From an uncultured virus (IMG/VR IMGVR_UViG_3300032167_000100) (Duplodnaviria; Heunggongvirae; Uroviricota; Caudoviricetes), in IMG/VR virus record IMGVR_UViG_3300032167_000100: 64,000 bases of DNA; one strand, 5' to 3'. A program made the position numbers and the translations under genes. Numbering within the stretch: the stretch's first letter is position 1; every line of letters starts with the position of its first letter. Of this stretch, positions 1-10,914 are shown one piece after another. The notes beneath the pieces are model-generated. The model was not told the origin of the DNA, did no database searches, and saw only the letters and a program-made list of their open reading frames with translations.

Positions 1-129
1 AATATTCTTGAACTTGTGATCACTTTTAAAGATCATGATATTTTCATCCGTACTAAAACCATGGATGAAATCATTGCGGAGATGCATGCTAAGAGATTGA
101 AAGAGAAAGGTATAAATCATGGTAATTAA
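1..129 (+). CDS. 3' end of a hypothetical protein (partial)
   Basis: Frame open from base 1 to TAA at 127-129, overlapping the next start. Confidence 0.5.
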   Translation, partial: NILELVITFKDHDIFIRTKTMDEIIAEMHAKRLKEKGINHGN

Positions 130-823
130 ACGAATCAATATTCAGTATGATCTCATAAAAGGTAATTGTACTTTTACACCGTTCTATCCTGATATGATTA
201 CTATTATGACAGAGGCTGAATTAAAGAGCTCTGAAAATTATTCGGCATTTCTCAGGATCCAAAAAGATCTTGAGAGGCTTATCACATCTAAGTATTTCTA
301 TAGAGAAATAAATAGACAGACACAAGCAGAGATTGAAAAAGATATTATACGTGTATTCAATGAATACAAATACGATGTATATGATCAATGCTCAGAAGCA
401 AACCATATCTATATAACTTTCACCTATACAGTAACCCCAAGTAAAAAAGGAAATAAGGAGAATCAGAAAATGGGATTTTTAGATGTATTACCAAAGGAAC
501 GTCATGATGTATTCAGAATCGAAGTTAAGATTAACGACAATTCACAACCTAGATCAGAGATCAAAATCTCTGCAACTGATATGGATGGTTTTAAGGTATA
601 TCCTGAGCGTTTGAATGCAGAATGTAGGGATTATATCCATGGTCGTATAAGAAGTACCGGCAAGATTACAACTCAGACTCTTGACAAATTGGCTGAGCTT
701 TATTTGACAAAGGTTTACAATCATACCTTTGTTATCATAAATAAGAGTGAGGTTACACCTGACGGTAAGCAAGGCTTCGTAGAATTCTCTCTTGTGAAAT
801 GGAAACACGGAAGGTCCTGGTAA
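119..823 (+). CDS. hypothetical protein
   Basis: 234-aa ORF in a tight operon; possible internal start (AAGGAG then ATG near 470). Confidence 0.7.
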   Translation: MVIKRINIQYDLIKGNCTFTPFYPDMITIMTEAELKSSENYSAFLRIQKDLERLITSKYFYREINRQTQAEIEKDIIRVFNEYKYDVYDQCSEANHIYITFTYTVTPSKKGNKENQKMGFLDVLPKERHDVFRIEVKINDNSQPRSEIKISATDMDGFKVYPERLNAECRDYIHGRIRSTGKITTQTLDKLAELYLTKVYNHTFVIINKSEVTPDGKQGFVEFSLVKWKHGRSW

Positions 824-824
824 T

Positions 825-2411
825 ATGGCAGAAAAAGTAATCTATAAATATCCAAGTTATTATCTGATCACTGGGGTATGGAAGGTTCCTTATACTATCG
901 TCAATGAACTATCTAAGTGGGATCCTGTTTATTTTAAACGAATCGAACTCGGTTACTTCTTTGACGAAGAAAAGAAAGAGCTTAGGATTCCAAGAGGATA
1001 TCCTGAAGAGAATCTTGCGAGTGCTTTTCCTGATCATTATTTCCGAGATGTTGATATCGAGCCGAATGATCAGATAAATATCAAGCTCGAAAATTCACCT
1101 CGAGATTATATCCAGGAACACGTTCTTGCATTCATGCTCGGTGTGGAACCTTATTCATTTACAAAGAAAAAGACCCAGTTGTATGTAGATCTTGACACAG
1201 GTCTCGGTAAGACATACATAATGATTGCAACCATGTGTTACTTTAAGTCTCGTATGGTTGTATTCACACCCGCAATCACAAAGATTGTAAACCAGTGGAT
1301 TGAAGCTGTATCAAACTTCACTTCTCTTAACCGAACTGAGTTCCTTCATGTTCAAGGAAGTGAAATGTGTGCAGACATCATCTCTGGTAAATATAAGCAT
1401 ATCAAAGTCTTCGTAGTTCCCAGATCAACAATACTTGCTTTCGTAAGAAAGTATGAGAATCGTTGGGACATGGTAACTAAGTTGGTAGATGCAATGAATG
1501 TTAATATCAAGGCTGTAGACGAGGCTCATATGGACTTTAACACAGTTGTCAATATTGACTGCTTTACCAATGTAGAGAAGACTTATTACATGAGTTCTTC
1601 TCCAAGCCGCTCGGAAAAGACCGAACGAATTATCTATAATCGCATCTTTAGAGATGTAATGAGATATGGTAAGAAACTCATATCCAAAGAACAGAAGCAT
1701 ATGAGACCTCTGATTCTACAGTTTAAATCTACTCCTACTGAGAAGCAACTGAAAGATATCAAGACAAGATATGGACCTTCTCTTGCTAAGTATGGAGAGT
1801 ATCTGTTAGATCCTGATGGAGCTCGAGAAGAGTTCCTTGAGGCTTACACATTTGCGCTATTCTATTTATTGAAGCTACGAAGGCGAGGAGGCAAAGTTCT
1901 CGTAATCTGTATAACGGTTGAGTTTGCAGAACAGCTTCAGAAATATACCAATAGTGTATTCCCTTATCTTACCACAGGTCTATTTGTTGGATCTGGTAAA
2001 GATAAGAATAAAGAACTGGATCGAGATATCGTTTTCTCGACTATCAAATCCATGGGTACTGGTTCTGAGTTTGAGAACCATCAGCTTACTATTAATACAA
2101 TTACCTATGCATCTGAAGTATTGGCAGATCAGATTTCTGGACGTATTCGTGCTCAGAAGAATCGCAAAGGTATTTATTGTGAGTTGGTTAATATTAACCA
2201 TAAAGTAGCCCGTGAGCATTATGAGAAGAGAGAGCCTTTTCTTATCAGAAAAGCAAAGGATGGAAAGATCCTGATTCATTTGATCTCCGATCAAGATTTG
2301 CATATGATGTATACCTTCTTCAAACAAGGTTTTCGCTATGACGCCGAGGGGCGAACCGTCAATAAAGATGGTTATATAGTGATGCATCGCAATAAGAATA
2401 AGGATAAATAA
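825..2411 (+). CDS. superfamily 2 (DEAH-type) helicase
   Basis: Walker A LDTGLGKT, motif II VDEAH, motif VI QISGRIR. Confidence 0.85.
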   Translation: MAEKVIYKYPSYYLITGVWKVPYTIVNELSKWDPVYFKRIELGYFFDEEKKELRIPRGYPEENLASAFPDHYFRDVDIEPNDQINIKLENSPRDYIQEHVLAFMLGVEPYSFTKKKTQLYVDLDTGLGKTYIMIATMCYFKSRMVVFTPAITKIVNQWIEAVSNFTSLNRTEFLHVQGSEMCADIISGKYKHIKVFVVPRSTILAFVRKYENRWDMVTKLVDAMNVNIKAVDEAHMDFNTVVNIDCFTNVEKTYYMSSSPSRSEKTERIIYNRIFRDVMRYGKKLISKEQKHMRPLILQFKSTPTEKQLKDIKTRYGPSLAKYGEYLLDPDGAREEFLEAYTFALFYLLKLRRRGGKVLVICITVEFAEQLQKYTNSVFPYLTTGLFVGSGKDKNKELDRDIVFSTIKSMGTGSEFENHQLTINTITYASEVLADQISGRIRAQKNRKGIYCELVNINHKVAREHYEKREPFLIRKAKDGKILIHLISDQDLHMMYTFFKQGFRYDAEGRTVNKDGYIVMHRNKNKDK

Positions 2412-2414
2412 ATT

Positions 2415-2425
2415 TATACATCATA
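2415..2425 (+). promoter_or_regulatory. TATACATYATA motif, putative phage promoter
   Basis: TATACATCATA upstream of an ORF; TATACATTATA recurs at 11653, 33734 and 33815(-). Confidence 0.45.
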
Positions 2426-2438
2426 CTTATGAGAATCT

Positions 2439-3224
2439 ATGAAAGGGGAGAGCAATATGCAAATGACACGAATTGATCGAGAAGATATTACTACGGTAAT
2501 TTACTCGATATTAACTCGTAAAGGTTTGTCTGTAAAGTTCAAGGTGAAATTGTACACCAAGGATAAAAACCAAGATGAGCAATTCTACCACCAAGAATTT
2601 ATCTTACAGAAAAACAAAATCTCGATTAACTTGGCACCGAGACCATATTTGGAATGGGTACTTTGTCATCCAAATTCAGAAGGTGCTAAAGTCGTTATAT
2701 ATGTAACCGAGGTATTCAAACAGAGAATTGTACGAAAGCTCACAAAGATAGCTCAGGCTTTTGAAGCATATGATGATGGAGAAATAGATATCCTGACAGT
2801 AAATGCTACTGGTACTCATATCAGAAGTGAACTGGCTGGTACTATCAAAGTCGTCGTTGGTGTTCAGACACTTTTGTTTACACCGATCTTCAATGAGTCT
2901 GACTCTTCGGTAAAGATGCAGATCATAGCTGAAGGATCTGAGGCTTACATTTCTGTACAAGATTTTCTCTGTTTATATTACCGACTCAGAGAACTTAACT
3001 TCACACAGTTCACGATGCAACTTGTGAACTATATCGGCACAGGTCCTCTTGGTCATAACCAGATTGACTTCCGCCGAGACAAAGTAAACCAGAATATCGA
3101 TATTGATGATACAGTTCGCTCACCTTCATTCAGCAAGATCAGCGTCATGGGTAGTCTAATCGATATAGAAAACCCGACCGAGATTATCAAGGTCGACAAT
3201 AAGAATAATAAACCTAAATGGTAA
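2439..3224 (+). CDS. hypothetical protein
   Basis: 261-aa ORF; the true start may be the ATG after GGGGAG. Confidence 0.75.
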   Translation: MKGESNMQMTRIDREDITTVIYSILTRKGLSVKFKVKLYTKDKNQDEQFYHQEFILQKNKISINLAPRPYLEWVLCHPNSEGAKVVIYVTEVFKQRIVRKLTKIAQAFEAYDDGEIDILTVNATGTHIRSELAGTIKVVVGVQTLLFTPIFNESDSSVKMQIIAEGSEAYISVQDFLCLYYRLRELNFTQFTMQLVNYIGTGPLGHNQIDFRRDKVNQNIDIDDTVRSPSFSKISVMGSLIDIENPTEIIKVDNKNNKPKW

Positions 3225-3233
3225 GGAGAAACA

Positions 3234-3935
3234 TTGATGGCTACGCCGATGATATTCAAACTTCGGGACGAAACCTACAGAGTAGTCCAAAAGAAGTTTT
3301 ATCAAGACAAGCTGAAACAAGGTTATGCCTACCTCCTTAGTCAATATAATGACTATGTCTATCCCTATCGTGGAGAGGTAGATAGCCTGGACGAAGCTGT
3401 CCAAGTAGGAATTTATCTCATCAAGGGTCGTGCATTCCCCGTTCGTCCCAGAAATGATGAAGAAAGAATGATCTTCCATAAAGATAGAATCATTCAGCTC
3501 ACACCTGACTGTATCTTCAGAAACCTGAATGATATGGTTATCGACCCTGTTATCGAGACAGAGGTTATTACAGACGGAGACGTTTTCAAACCTGCTCTTC
3601 GTCAGACTGATGATATTGCACTTGCAGCAATGAAGTATGCAATCGGTCAGAAGAATATCAACTTCAATCAGTACGGTCACAAGTTCAGTGATATGGCAAC
3701 TAAGAACAATGGTCGTCGTGCACTGACTCATGGTAATACATTGAAGATGGATATGCTCTCCAGATTCGCCGATGTATTCGATTTGAATGCAGGTATTATT
3801 ATCTGGGATAAGTATGGTTGTCCCAATCCGATGTCTCCTGATTATAGCACAGTTTACTGTGTATTCGATGATCAGGCTTTGGACTTTGATAACGCAGAGA
3901 AATATACTTTCAAAACCATCGAAAGAGAGGTATAA
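3234..3935 (+). CDS. hypothetical protein
   Basis: 233-aa ORF preceded by AAGGAG. Confidence 0.75.
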   Translation: MMATPMIFKLRDETYRVVQKKFYQDKLKQGYAYLLSQYNDYVYPYRGEVDSLDEAVQVGIYLIKGRAFPVRPRNDEERMIFHKDRIIQLTPDCIFRNLNDMVIDPVIETEVITDGDVFKPALRQTDDIALAAMKYAIGQKNINFNQYGHKFSDMATKNNGRRALTHGNTLKMDMLSRFADVFDLNAGIIIWDKYGCPNPMSPDYSTVYCVFDDQALDFDNAEKYTFKTIEREV

Positions 3936-3938
3936 CCC

Positions 3939-4334
3939 ATGCAGAAAGAAAAGTATGCAAATGGTGATTGTACACTTGAGAAAATTGACTGCACTGATGG
4001 ACTTACTGTTGGTGAACTCAAGAGTATTTTAAACTATCTCCCAAACGAGATGTCTGTCGTAGTTAACGGAGCATATCCGATAATCTATGTCAGCAATGTT
4101 CCTCACGAAAGTGCAGTTTGTTTCGAAGATGAAGATTGCATTGAGATTGAGGACTATATCTCCGAATTTGATATGAAAGATATAACCAATAATCCCGACC
4201 AGTTGTCACTATTCGATGACACTGAGAAGTGCACAGATTGCGATTTTAATCGTGACTGCGAAATGGATTGTCAAAATCCCCAGGGATGTTGTAAGAAACC
4301 TCCCGAACCCGAATTGAAACCTAGCGAGGACTAA
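3939..4334 (+). CDS. hypothetical acidic, Cys-rich protein
   Basis: 131-aa ORF with GAGG RBS, in operon. Confidence 0.7.
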   Translation: MQKEKYANGDCTLEKIDCTDGLTVGELKSILNYLPNEMSVVVNGAYPIIYVSNVPHESAVCFEDEDCIEIEDYISEFDMKDITNNPDQLSLFDDTEKCTDCDFNRDCEMDCQNPQGCCKKPPEPELKPSED

Positions 4335-4335
4335 T

Positions 4336-7068
4336 ATGGCATACAGCGTTCGATTAAGATCAATATACTTAAGAAACTTTATAGGTATTCAAACTGGTCT
4401 TGGTCGTAAAGAGTTGGAGGTCAACTTCAAGAAATTTAAGGATAAGAACATCGTCTTGATCATCGGAGACAATGCAACTGGTAAATCTACATTTATGAGT
4501 GTGCTTCATTGTCTTCCTGGTACAACTGATGGTCGTAATAAGTTTATCCTTGAAGGAAAGGAAGGAATCAAGAAGACTGTTTATGACAGATCTGACGGAT
4601 GCCGTTTCGAATGTAAGATAGTCTATTCACCTTCTAAGACAGGTCATAATACAAAAGGATTCGTGACAAAGATCGAACCTAATGGAGAAGAGACCGAACT
4701 TAATGAGAATGGTAATATTACATCTTACAAAGAAGTAGTTCAGGAAGAACTCGGAATATCTGATGCAATTCTTAAGCTCGCTAATCAGAACGATGTTTGT
4801 AAAGGTCATGTTGATATGACATCAACTGAAAGAAAGTTGAATATGTCTACTTTCTTACCGGATGATATCTACAGTGGTTACTATGCAATTGTCGATAAGC
4901 AATACAAAGAGTTAAAGATGAGAATCAATCTCCTAGTAGAGTCTATCGGTAAAATGCATGATGAAGAAACTCTAAACAGAGAGTTAAAGATCGTAACCGA
5001 GAAGATCAACAAGCTCGTAGCTAAACGAGATAAGTGCATGCAGAAAATATCTGAATATCGAACCAGAATCCAGGTTATTAAAGAAACTGGAATTGAGGAT
5101 AAGAATAAGGAACTTATGAAGGCAATTCGTAAGAACTACGACGATATTCAGAAGATTCAAGATAAGATCGAATCCATATTCGATGATTATAATCTTTCCA
5201 AGTTCCTTACAAGAGATTCAACAGCAGAGAAAATCAATACTCTGATTGCTGAGCTTGGTGAACAAGGAAAGGGATACGAAGTACAACTGATGTCTTTGAA
5301 TAACTCAGTTACTGAACTTCGTTTAAGAAGAAATCTCTTGACTCAACAAATTGAGTCTAAGAAGAATTCTATTGCGGACCTTGAGACTAGCCATTCACTT
5401 GGAGAGTTAATCGAGATTCGTAAAGGATACCAGAGACAGATTAAGAGTCTCCGAGAAAGTATGCAGGATATTGATCCTGGTCTGACTAAAGAGAATCTGT
5501 TATTGGGATATGAGATAGTCAAGAATGTAAGAACTTTTGTCGACTCTTTCGGCGGATACTATTATGACTTAGTCATGGTTGTATGTAATGATGAGTATCG
5601 TGATTATAAACACGATGAGTTACTTGTCAAGAGAAGAGAGTTAATGGATGAAAGATCTGATATTTATTCTAAGTTAGCTACAATCGATTCCGATACCGAC
5701 TCTGATAATATCCTCGGTAAGAGACCTGAGAATTGTAAGATTGATTCCTGTCCCTTTATCGCAACAGCATTCAGACTCAAGAAGTTCCAGGAGAAGATTC
5801 CTGAATATACTTCCAGACTGGATGAGATCGAAAAAGCATTGGTTCAGATAGAAGATAAGATTTCCAAAGCCGAACAGATCGAAGAGATCAAGAATCGTCT
5901 TGGACAGCTTATGCAGTATATCAATACCAATATCAGCGTAATTAAGAAGCTTCCCTATCATGAAAAGTATTCAACTCTTGAAGCTATAAAGAAAGCGATT
6001 TCCAAGAATGGTTCTAACCTTGACAATTGTGATGACTTTGATGAGTTTATTGCAATTCTTGAGTCAAAGGAAGAACTTGCAACTCTTGAGAATATCGAAC
6101 TTCCTAAAGTAAATCACGAGATTGAATTGCTTGAAACTAAGGGTAAGTTTATCGAAACTACAAAAGAAGATCTCTCGAGACTATCTGAAGAGAAAGATCT
6201 CGTTTCCTCTAACATCGAGTCGAAGGAGAGTGAAATTGAGTCTATTTCCGATAGGATAGACTTCGTTAAGGGTATTATTGATGCCTTGGGAGACTTCTAT
6301 AACAAACGATCTGAGTATGATTCGCTTTACGAACAGATCGTTAAACAAGATGAAGAGCTGAAAGCTATCAGTTCTCAAATGGAAGATATGAGAGAATTCC
6401 TTGAACTCATATCCGAGAAAGAAGAGAAACTCAAAGAGATTGATGATGAACTCGATCCGTTAACCAGAACCAGAGAGCTCTATAAAATGGAGCTTCTTAA
6501 GATTAAGGATAACAAGGTTGAGTTAGCATCTGTAGAAGCCGATATGGTTAACTGTGAAATCGTCCGTGCAGCATTGTCTGTTAAGGATGATGGTATTCCT
6601 GTTGGTGCTCTTGAGTTCTTCATGGATAGTGTCCGTACAAATGCAAATACTCTCTTGAGTAGTGCGTTTAATGGAAACCTCTATCTCGAAGAGTTTGTCA
6701 TCAACTCTAAGGACTTCATTATTCCATATAAGAAGAATGGAGACCGAGGACTTGATGTATCCTACAGTAGCTCTTCTGAGCGTTCATTCATTTCGCTTTG
6801 TCTAACCTTGGCTATTATCGAAGAGATCGTTAATAGTTATACAATCGTCTGCCTTGATGAGGTTGACCGTGGATTTGCACATCAAGCCAAGAGTAAGTTC
6901 ATTCAGATCTTGGCTACCCAGATTCGTCGTTCTGGTATCGAGCAGTTGTTTATGATCTCTCATAACTACGAGTTCTATTCCGGATATGATGTAGGTGTGA
7001 TTGCATTCCCTGGAGCTAATATCAATGGCGATGATAGCGATGTTATTTATATCGAGAGGTTAGAATGA
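4336..7068 (+). CDS. sbcC: SbcC/Rad50-like SMC ATPase
   Basis: Walker A GDNATGKST, long coiled coils, central Cys pair CKIDSC, signature SSSSE, Walker B LDEVD, ISH. Confidence 0.88.
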   Translation: MAYSVRLRSIYLRNFIGIQTGLGRKELEVNFKKFKDKNIVLIIGDNATGKSTFMSVLHCLPGTTDGRNKFILEGKEGIKKTVYDRSDGCRFECKIVYSPSKTGHNTKGFVTKIEPNGEETELNENGNITSYKEVVQEELGISDAILKLANQNDVCKGHVDMTSTERKLNMSTFLPDDIYSGYYAIVDKQYKELKMRINLLVESIGKMHDEETLNRELKIVTEKINKLVAKRDKCMQKISEYRTRIQVIKETGIEDKNKELMKAIRKNYDDIQKIQDKIESIFDDYNLSKFLTRDSTAEKINTLIAELGEQGKGYEVQLMSLNNSVTELRLRRNLLTQQIESKKNSIADLETSHSLGELIEIRKGYQRQIKSLRESMQDIDPGLTKENLLLGYEIVKNVRTFVDSFGGYYYDLVMVVCNDEYRDYKHDELLVKRRELMDERSDIYSKLATIDSDTDSDNILGKRPENCKIDSCPFIATAFRLKKFQEKIPEYTSRLDEIEKALVQIEDKISKAEQIEEIKNRLGQLMQYINTNISVIKKLPYHEKYSTLEAIKKAISKNGSNLDNCDDFDEFIAILESKEELATLENIELPKVNHEIELLETKGKFIETTKEDLSRLSEEKDLVSSNIESKESEIESISDRIDFVKGIIDALGDFYNKRSEYDSLYEQIVKQDEELKAISSQMEDMREFLELISEKEEKLKEIDDELDPLTRTRELYKMELLKIKDNKVELASVEADMVNCEIVRAALSVKDDGIPVGALEFFMDSVRTNANTLLSSAFNGNLYLEEFVINSKDFIIPYKKNGDRGLDVSYSSSSERSFISLCLTLAIIEEIVNSYTIVCLDEVDRGFAHQAKSKFIQILATQIRRSGIEQLFMISHNYEFYSGYDVGVIAFPGANINGDDSDVIYIERLE

Positions 7069-7382
7069 AAGTACCAAGAAGACCAAAAATGAATGCTCCA
7101 GGTGGAGTGAATAATACAATGATACTTGCAAAGGCTTCCACTGTTAAACCTTGTAGTTTATGCTGTGAGAAGCCTAAGGTATCTTGTTTCAATGAGGCTA
7201 ACAAACCTACTGTTAGTCGCATGTTCAACTACACTCTTAAATGCAAGTGTGGTAGACAAGTCACACATTCATCGATTGAAGAATGTGTTAGACTCTGGAA
7301 TCTCCGATATGGAATCCCATATAAAGAAGAGAACACTTCTGGATTTGTATCGGATGATGATAAAAATAATTATTTCAATTAA
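7065..7382 (+). CDS. small zinc-binding hypothetical protein
   Basis: PCSLC...CKC...WN pattern; overlaps the sbcC stop. Confidence 0.6.
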   Translation: MKVPRRPKMNAPGGVNNTMILAKASTVKPCSLCCEKPKVSCFNEANKPTVSRMFNYTLKCKCGRQVTHSSIEECVRLWNLRYGIPYKEENTSGFVSDDDKNNYFN

Positions 7383-7396
7383 GGAGTTTGAAAACT

Positions 7397-8716
7397 ATGA
7401 TCGAATCCATCTTTACTATTTGTGCCGCTAATAAGGTATACAAGAATCACCTTGGTAACGTAAAGCCTACGGATAACGCCGATGAATTGGAACTCGTTGA
7501 GACTGTTGATGTGATGGAGAAGGAACTTGCAACTATTCTCCGTGGTCATATCATTCGTTCTAATGAGAACATCAGTGCAGATGACATCGATGTATACGAG
7601 TATATGTGTCAGGCAATTCATGGCATTCTCAGTCCTGAATTCCTTACTGCTACTGGTGCTTTTCTCACTATCGATCCTCGACAGATGTTCCTTTCCAGAT
7701 TCAGTATTTGGGATACAATGCATGCAATCTATACCGGTTATCTTACCAAGAGCATCACCACCATTTACGATAACTACATCCACGGTCTCGAGCCTTGTAC
7801 CATGGCAAAGGAAGATGAGAACAAGAAGATCCCCAAGGATATCAGAAGACCTTCTGCGAAGAAGATCCATGATAATACCAACAATAAGAACGATCTCAAG
7901 GATAAACTTGCTAAGGATGACTTTAATAATAACATCGACAAGAAGAAGTATGCCGACAACATGAAGAATACTGATAAGAAGGCTAAGAAGAAACTCACCG
8001 AGACTACCGAGATTCATAAGCCTCATGACAAAATCAGATTCATCAAGTATGAACCCGATGAAGAGAACATTCTTTATTTCATCGATGTTGATACATATCT
8101 GAGCAGAGTGTATTGCAGACCTGATGGAACTGCATATCACTTCCTTGGTATTGTAAATACTCCGGCATCCGTTTGCGGTGATATTGAATACAACAACGAA
8201 TTTCCTCCTTGTTGTCTCGATAAACTTTGCTACCTTTGCGAAGTTGAGAATCCTCATATTCTTCACGTTCTCACACTTGCAGATATTGCAAAAGATTTCG
8301 TTACTACTCCCTGTACGAGGGTTATCGACGAAGAGACTCGTGATATTATGAGAACCAATATCAATATCCTCAAGGATAGATTCTACAGCGATCTCAACTG
8401 TGAGGAGAACCGTAGAATCATGAAGAGATTCCATTGTCAGTGGGCTTCTCACAGATCGCATCTCATTATTGATGAAAATCAGTTCGTTGAGTATGTATTG
8501 GCAACCATGGAAGCAACCGATGATCCTCTTATCGATACTGCTGTTGATTTCTGGAGCCATATTCATCCCGCAACCAAGAATGTATTTCTTGTTTGTCTCA
8601 ATGAGATCATTGAGTGTTATAAGGAAAAATTCGACCCTCAGTCTGATGAAGTAACCAATGAAATGGTTATTTACAAGGCTCTGGTGTCGTTTTATAATAG
8701 AGTGAAAGGAGAATGA
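7397..8716 (+). CDS. hypothetical protein with Lys/Asp/Asn-rich central segment
   Basis: Long ORF, AAGGAG upstream of the ATG at 7397. Confidence 0.8.
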   Translation: MIESIFTICAANKVYKNHLGNVKPTDNADELELVETVDVMEKELATILRGHIIRSNENISADDIDVYEYMCQAIHGILSPEFLTATGAFLTIDPRQMFLSRFSIWDTMHAIYTGYLTKSITTIYDNYIHGLEPCTMAKEDENKKIPKDIRRPSAKKIHDNTNNKNDLKDKLAKDDFNNNIDKKKYADNMKNTDKKAKKKLTETTEIHKPHDKIRFIKYEPDEENILYFIDVDTYLSRVYCRPDGTAYHFLGIVNTPASVCGDIEYNNEFPPCCLDKLCYLCEVENPHILHVLTLADIAKDFVTTPCTRVIDEETRDIMRTNINILKDRFYSDLNCEENRRIMKRFHCQWASHRSHLIIDENQFVEYVLATMEATDDPLIDTAVDFWSHIHPATKNVFLVCLNEIIECYKEKFDPQSDEVTNEMVIYKALVSFYNRVKGE

Positions 8717-8720
8717 CGCT

Positions 8721-9206
8721 ATGTCTATTAAATTTGAACTCGACGCTAAAGTAACTGTATCTGAAGGTGAAATGAGATTCGCTTACGAGGATCTCATCAG
8801 GGGTATTGACCTTACCGAGGATCAGTACATCAAGATCCACAAGCATGACAATGTTTGTATCAAACCCAAGATGGAATTCGTAAAGGATAAGGGAAGCATC
8901 TCCGATGGTGACCATACCTTCGACGAACTCTATCATCACAGAGCTATCCTGACGGCTCTCGTTTGTCAGGCACATAAGGATAAGTGCTGGAAGTCTAAGC
9001 TCCATTCCGATGGAACTATGTTTGATAACTACTTCATTGTAGGTATCAATACTCCCGAAGGACCGGCAACTTATCACTATCCCATCGCTCAGTACTGGAA
9101 TCTCTTCGACGTTCAGGAACTTGAAAGAGCACCTGAGTGGGATGGTTCTACTGCAGATGTCTGCATTGATCGTCTGAAGCATATGCTTACCGCAGTTAAG
9201 CTTTAA
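8721..9206 (+). CDS. phage protein with SDGxHTFDELY...WDG motif (WDGH-domain-like)
   Basis: ISDGDHTFDELYHHR and APEWDG motifs. Confidence 0.65.
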   Translation: MSIKFELDAKVTVSEGEMRFAYEDLIRGIDLTEDQYIKIHKHDNVCIKPKMEFVKDKGSISDGDHTFDELYHHRAILTALVCQAHKDKCWKSKLHSDGTMFDNYFIVGINTPEGPATYHYPIAQYWNLFDVQELERAPEWDGSTADVCIDRLKHMLTAVKL

Positions 9207-9221
9207 GGAGGATCACAACAC

Positions 9222-9992
9222 ATGAAGCCTTATATTATCTGTATTGAGGGTAGTGACAGTAGTGGAAAGCAGACTCATACCAAGATGCTTGCAGAGCGTC
9301 TTACTGAGTTAGGTTATAAAGTCCAGACTATCAGTTTCCCTCAATACGAAAACGAATCATCTGTATTCGTTAAGAAATATCTGGCTGGTGATTATGGACA
9401 TGATGCCATGCAGGTTAATCCCTACGTGGCATCCATGTTCTTTATCCAGGACAGAATGGTATCTTACCTCAATAGCTGGAAGTCTATTGTGGAGAATGAA
9501 GATCTTGATATCGTTATCATGGATCGTTATGTAACTTCCAATCTTCTTCATCAGGGATGTAAGATCGATGATGAACAAGAGCTTTTGAGATTCGTAATGT
9601 GGGAGAACGATCTTGAGTATAAAAAGCTCGGTCTTCCTGTTCCGAATAATGTGTACTATCTCGATATGCCGAGATGGGCAGCAAAGATTCTGTCAGCTAA
9701 CAGAGCCAATAAAGCAACTGGCGGAACTCAACAGGATATCCATGAAGCAGATGAAAACTACATGGAAGCTGTATATAAGAGATCTGCGGAGATTTGCAAA
9801 CTCTGTGGCTGGACACATGTCAAGTGTGCCACCATTGGGTTTGAAGCAGATCCAAAAACTCAGGAAACGGTATGCATGAATGATATCTTTCCTATTCAGG
9901 ATATCAATGATCGTCTTATGAGTGATATTATTGCATGCCATGATCTTTGGAGAAATAATATAAATGTAAGTGGAGGAAACAACAATGACTGA
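9222..9992 (+). CDS. tmk: thymidylate kinase
   Basis: IEGSDSSGKQT P-loop, ISFP, MDRY, QDIHE; adjacent to thyA. Confidence 0.9.
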   Translation: MKPYIICIEGSDSSGKQTHTKMLAERLTELGYKVQTISFPQYENESSVFVKKYLAGDYGHDAMQVNPYVASMFFIQDRMVSYLNSWKSIVENEDLDIVIMDRYVTSNLLHQGCKIDDEQELLRFVMWENDLEYKKLGLPVPNNVYYLDMPRWAAKILSANRANKATGGTQQDIHEADENYMEAVYKRSAEICKLCGWTHVKCATIGFEADPKTQETVCMNDIFPIQDINDRLMSDIIACHDLWRNNINVSGGNNND

Positions 9993-10902
9993 TTTTGACA
10001 GAAAGTTTATCGACATGTGTAAGAAGATTCTCGACGAGGGTGAGGTAGTTCCCTGTCGAGCTAAGTGGGACGACGGTACCCAGGCAAATACTATCCATAT
10101 CACAAACGTCGTTAACGAATACGACGTTGGTAAGGAATTCCCGATTATGACTATCCGTAAGCAGGGTATCAAAGGTCCTATCCGTGAGCTCCTTTGGATC
10201 TTCCAGCAGAAGTCCAACAATGTCGGAGATCTTGGTCTCAATATTTGGGACAGTTGGGCAGATGAGACCGGATCTATTGGTAAGGCATATGGATACCAGA
10301 TCGGTAAGAAGTATGTTCACCACTGGATCAATAAGCACAATGAACCCGATATCCAGACTCTTCTCAAGAAGGATTATCCCAGCTATGAAGAGATTGATTC
10401 CAATCAGTCTGACAAGGTATATGTGCTTCTGGACCAGATCGATGCAGTTATCTGGGATCTTCGTCATGAACCCACGTCTCGCAGAATCATGACCAATACA
10501 TACAACCTTGAGGAGCTCCATGAGATGGGTCTCTATCCTTGTGCATATTCCACCACCTGGAATGTATTCAATGGTAAGCTCAATCTTATCCTCAACCAGA
10601 GATCTCAGGATGTTCTTGCTGCTAACTACTGGAATGTCTGCCAGTATGCTGCACTTCTTGTAATGGTTGCTAAGGCAACTGGTCTCGAGATTGGTAAGCT
10701 CACTCATGTAATCTCTGACTGCCATATCTATGATCGTCATGTAGATATCATTAAGGATCTTATCACAAGAGAAGGTCATGCATATCCCAGTGCAGTTCTC
10801 TTCACAAATGAGTCGGTCAACTTCTATGACTACGATCCCAGCGATTTCGTAGTTGAAGGATATGAGGCAGATCCCTCTGAAAAATTCCCTGTTGCCGTAT
10901 AA
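9985..10902 (+). CDS. thyA: thymidylate synthase
   Basis: ELLW, GKAYGYQ, SRRI, catalytic LYPC, QRSQD...N, HIYDRH; GGAGG before ATG 9985. Confidence 0.95.
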   Translation: MTDFDRKFIDMCKKILDEGEVVPCRAKWDDGTQANTIHITNVVNEYDVGKEFPIMTIRKQGIKGPIRELLWIFQQKSNNVGDLGLNIWDSWADETGSIGKAYGYQIGKKYVHHWINKHNEPDIQTLLKKDYPSYEEIDSNQSDKVYVLLDQIDAVIWDLRHEPTSRRIMTNTYNLEELHEMGLYPCAYSTTWNVFNGKLNLILNQRSQDVLAANYWNVCQYAALLVMVAKATGLEIGKLTHVISDCHIYDRHVDIIKDLITREGHAYPSAVLFTNESVNFYDYDPSDFVVEGYEADPSEKFPVAV

Positions 10903-10914
10903 AGGAGATAAACC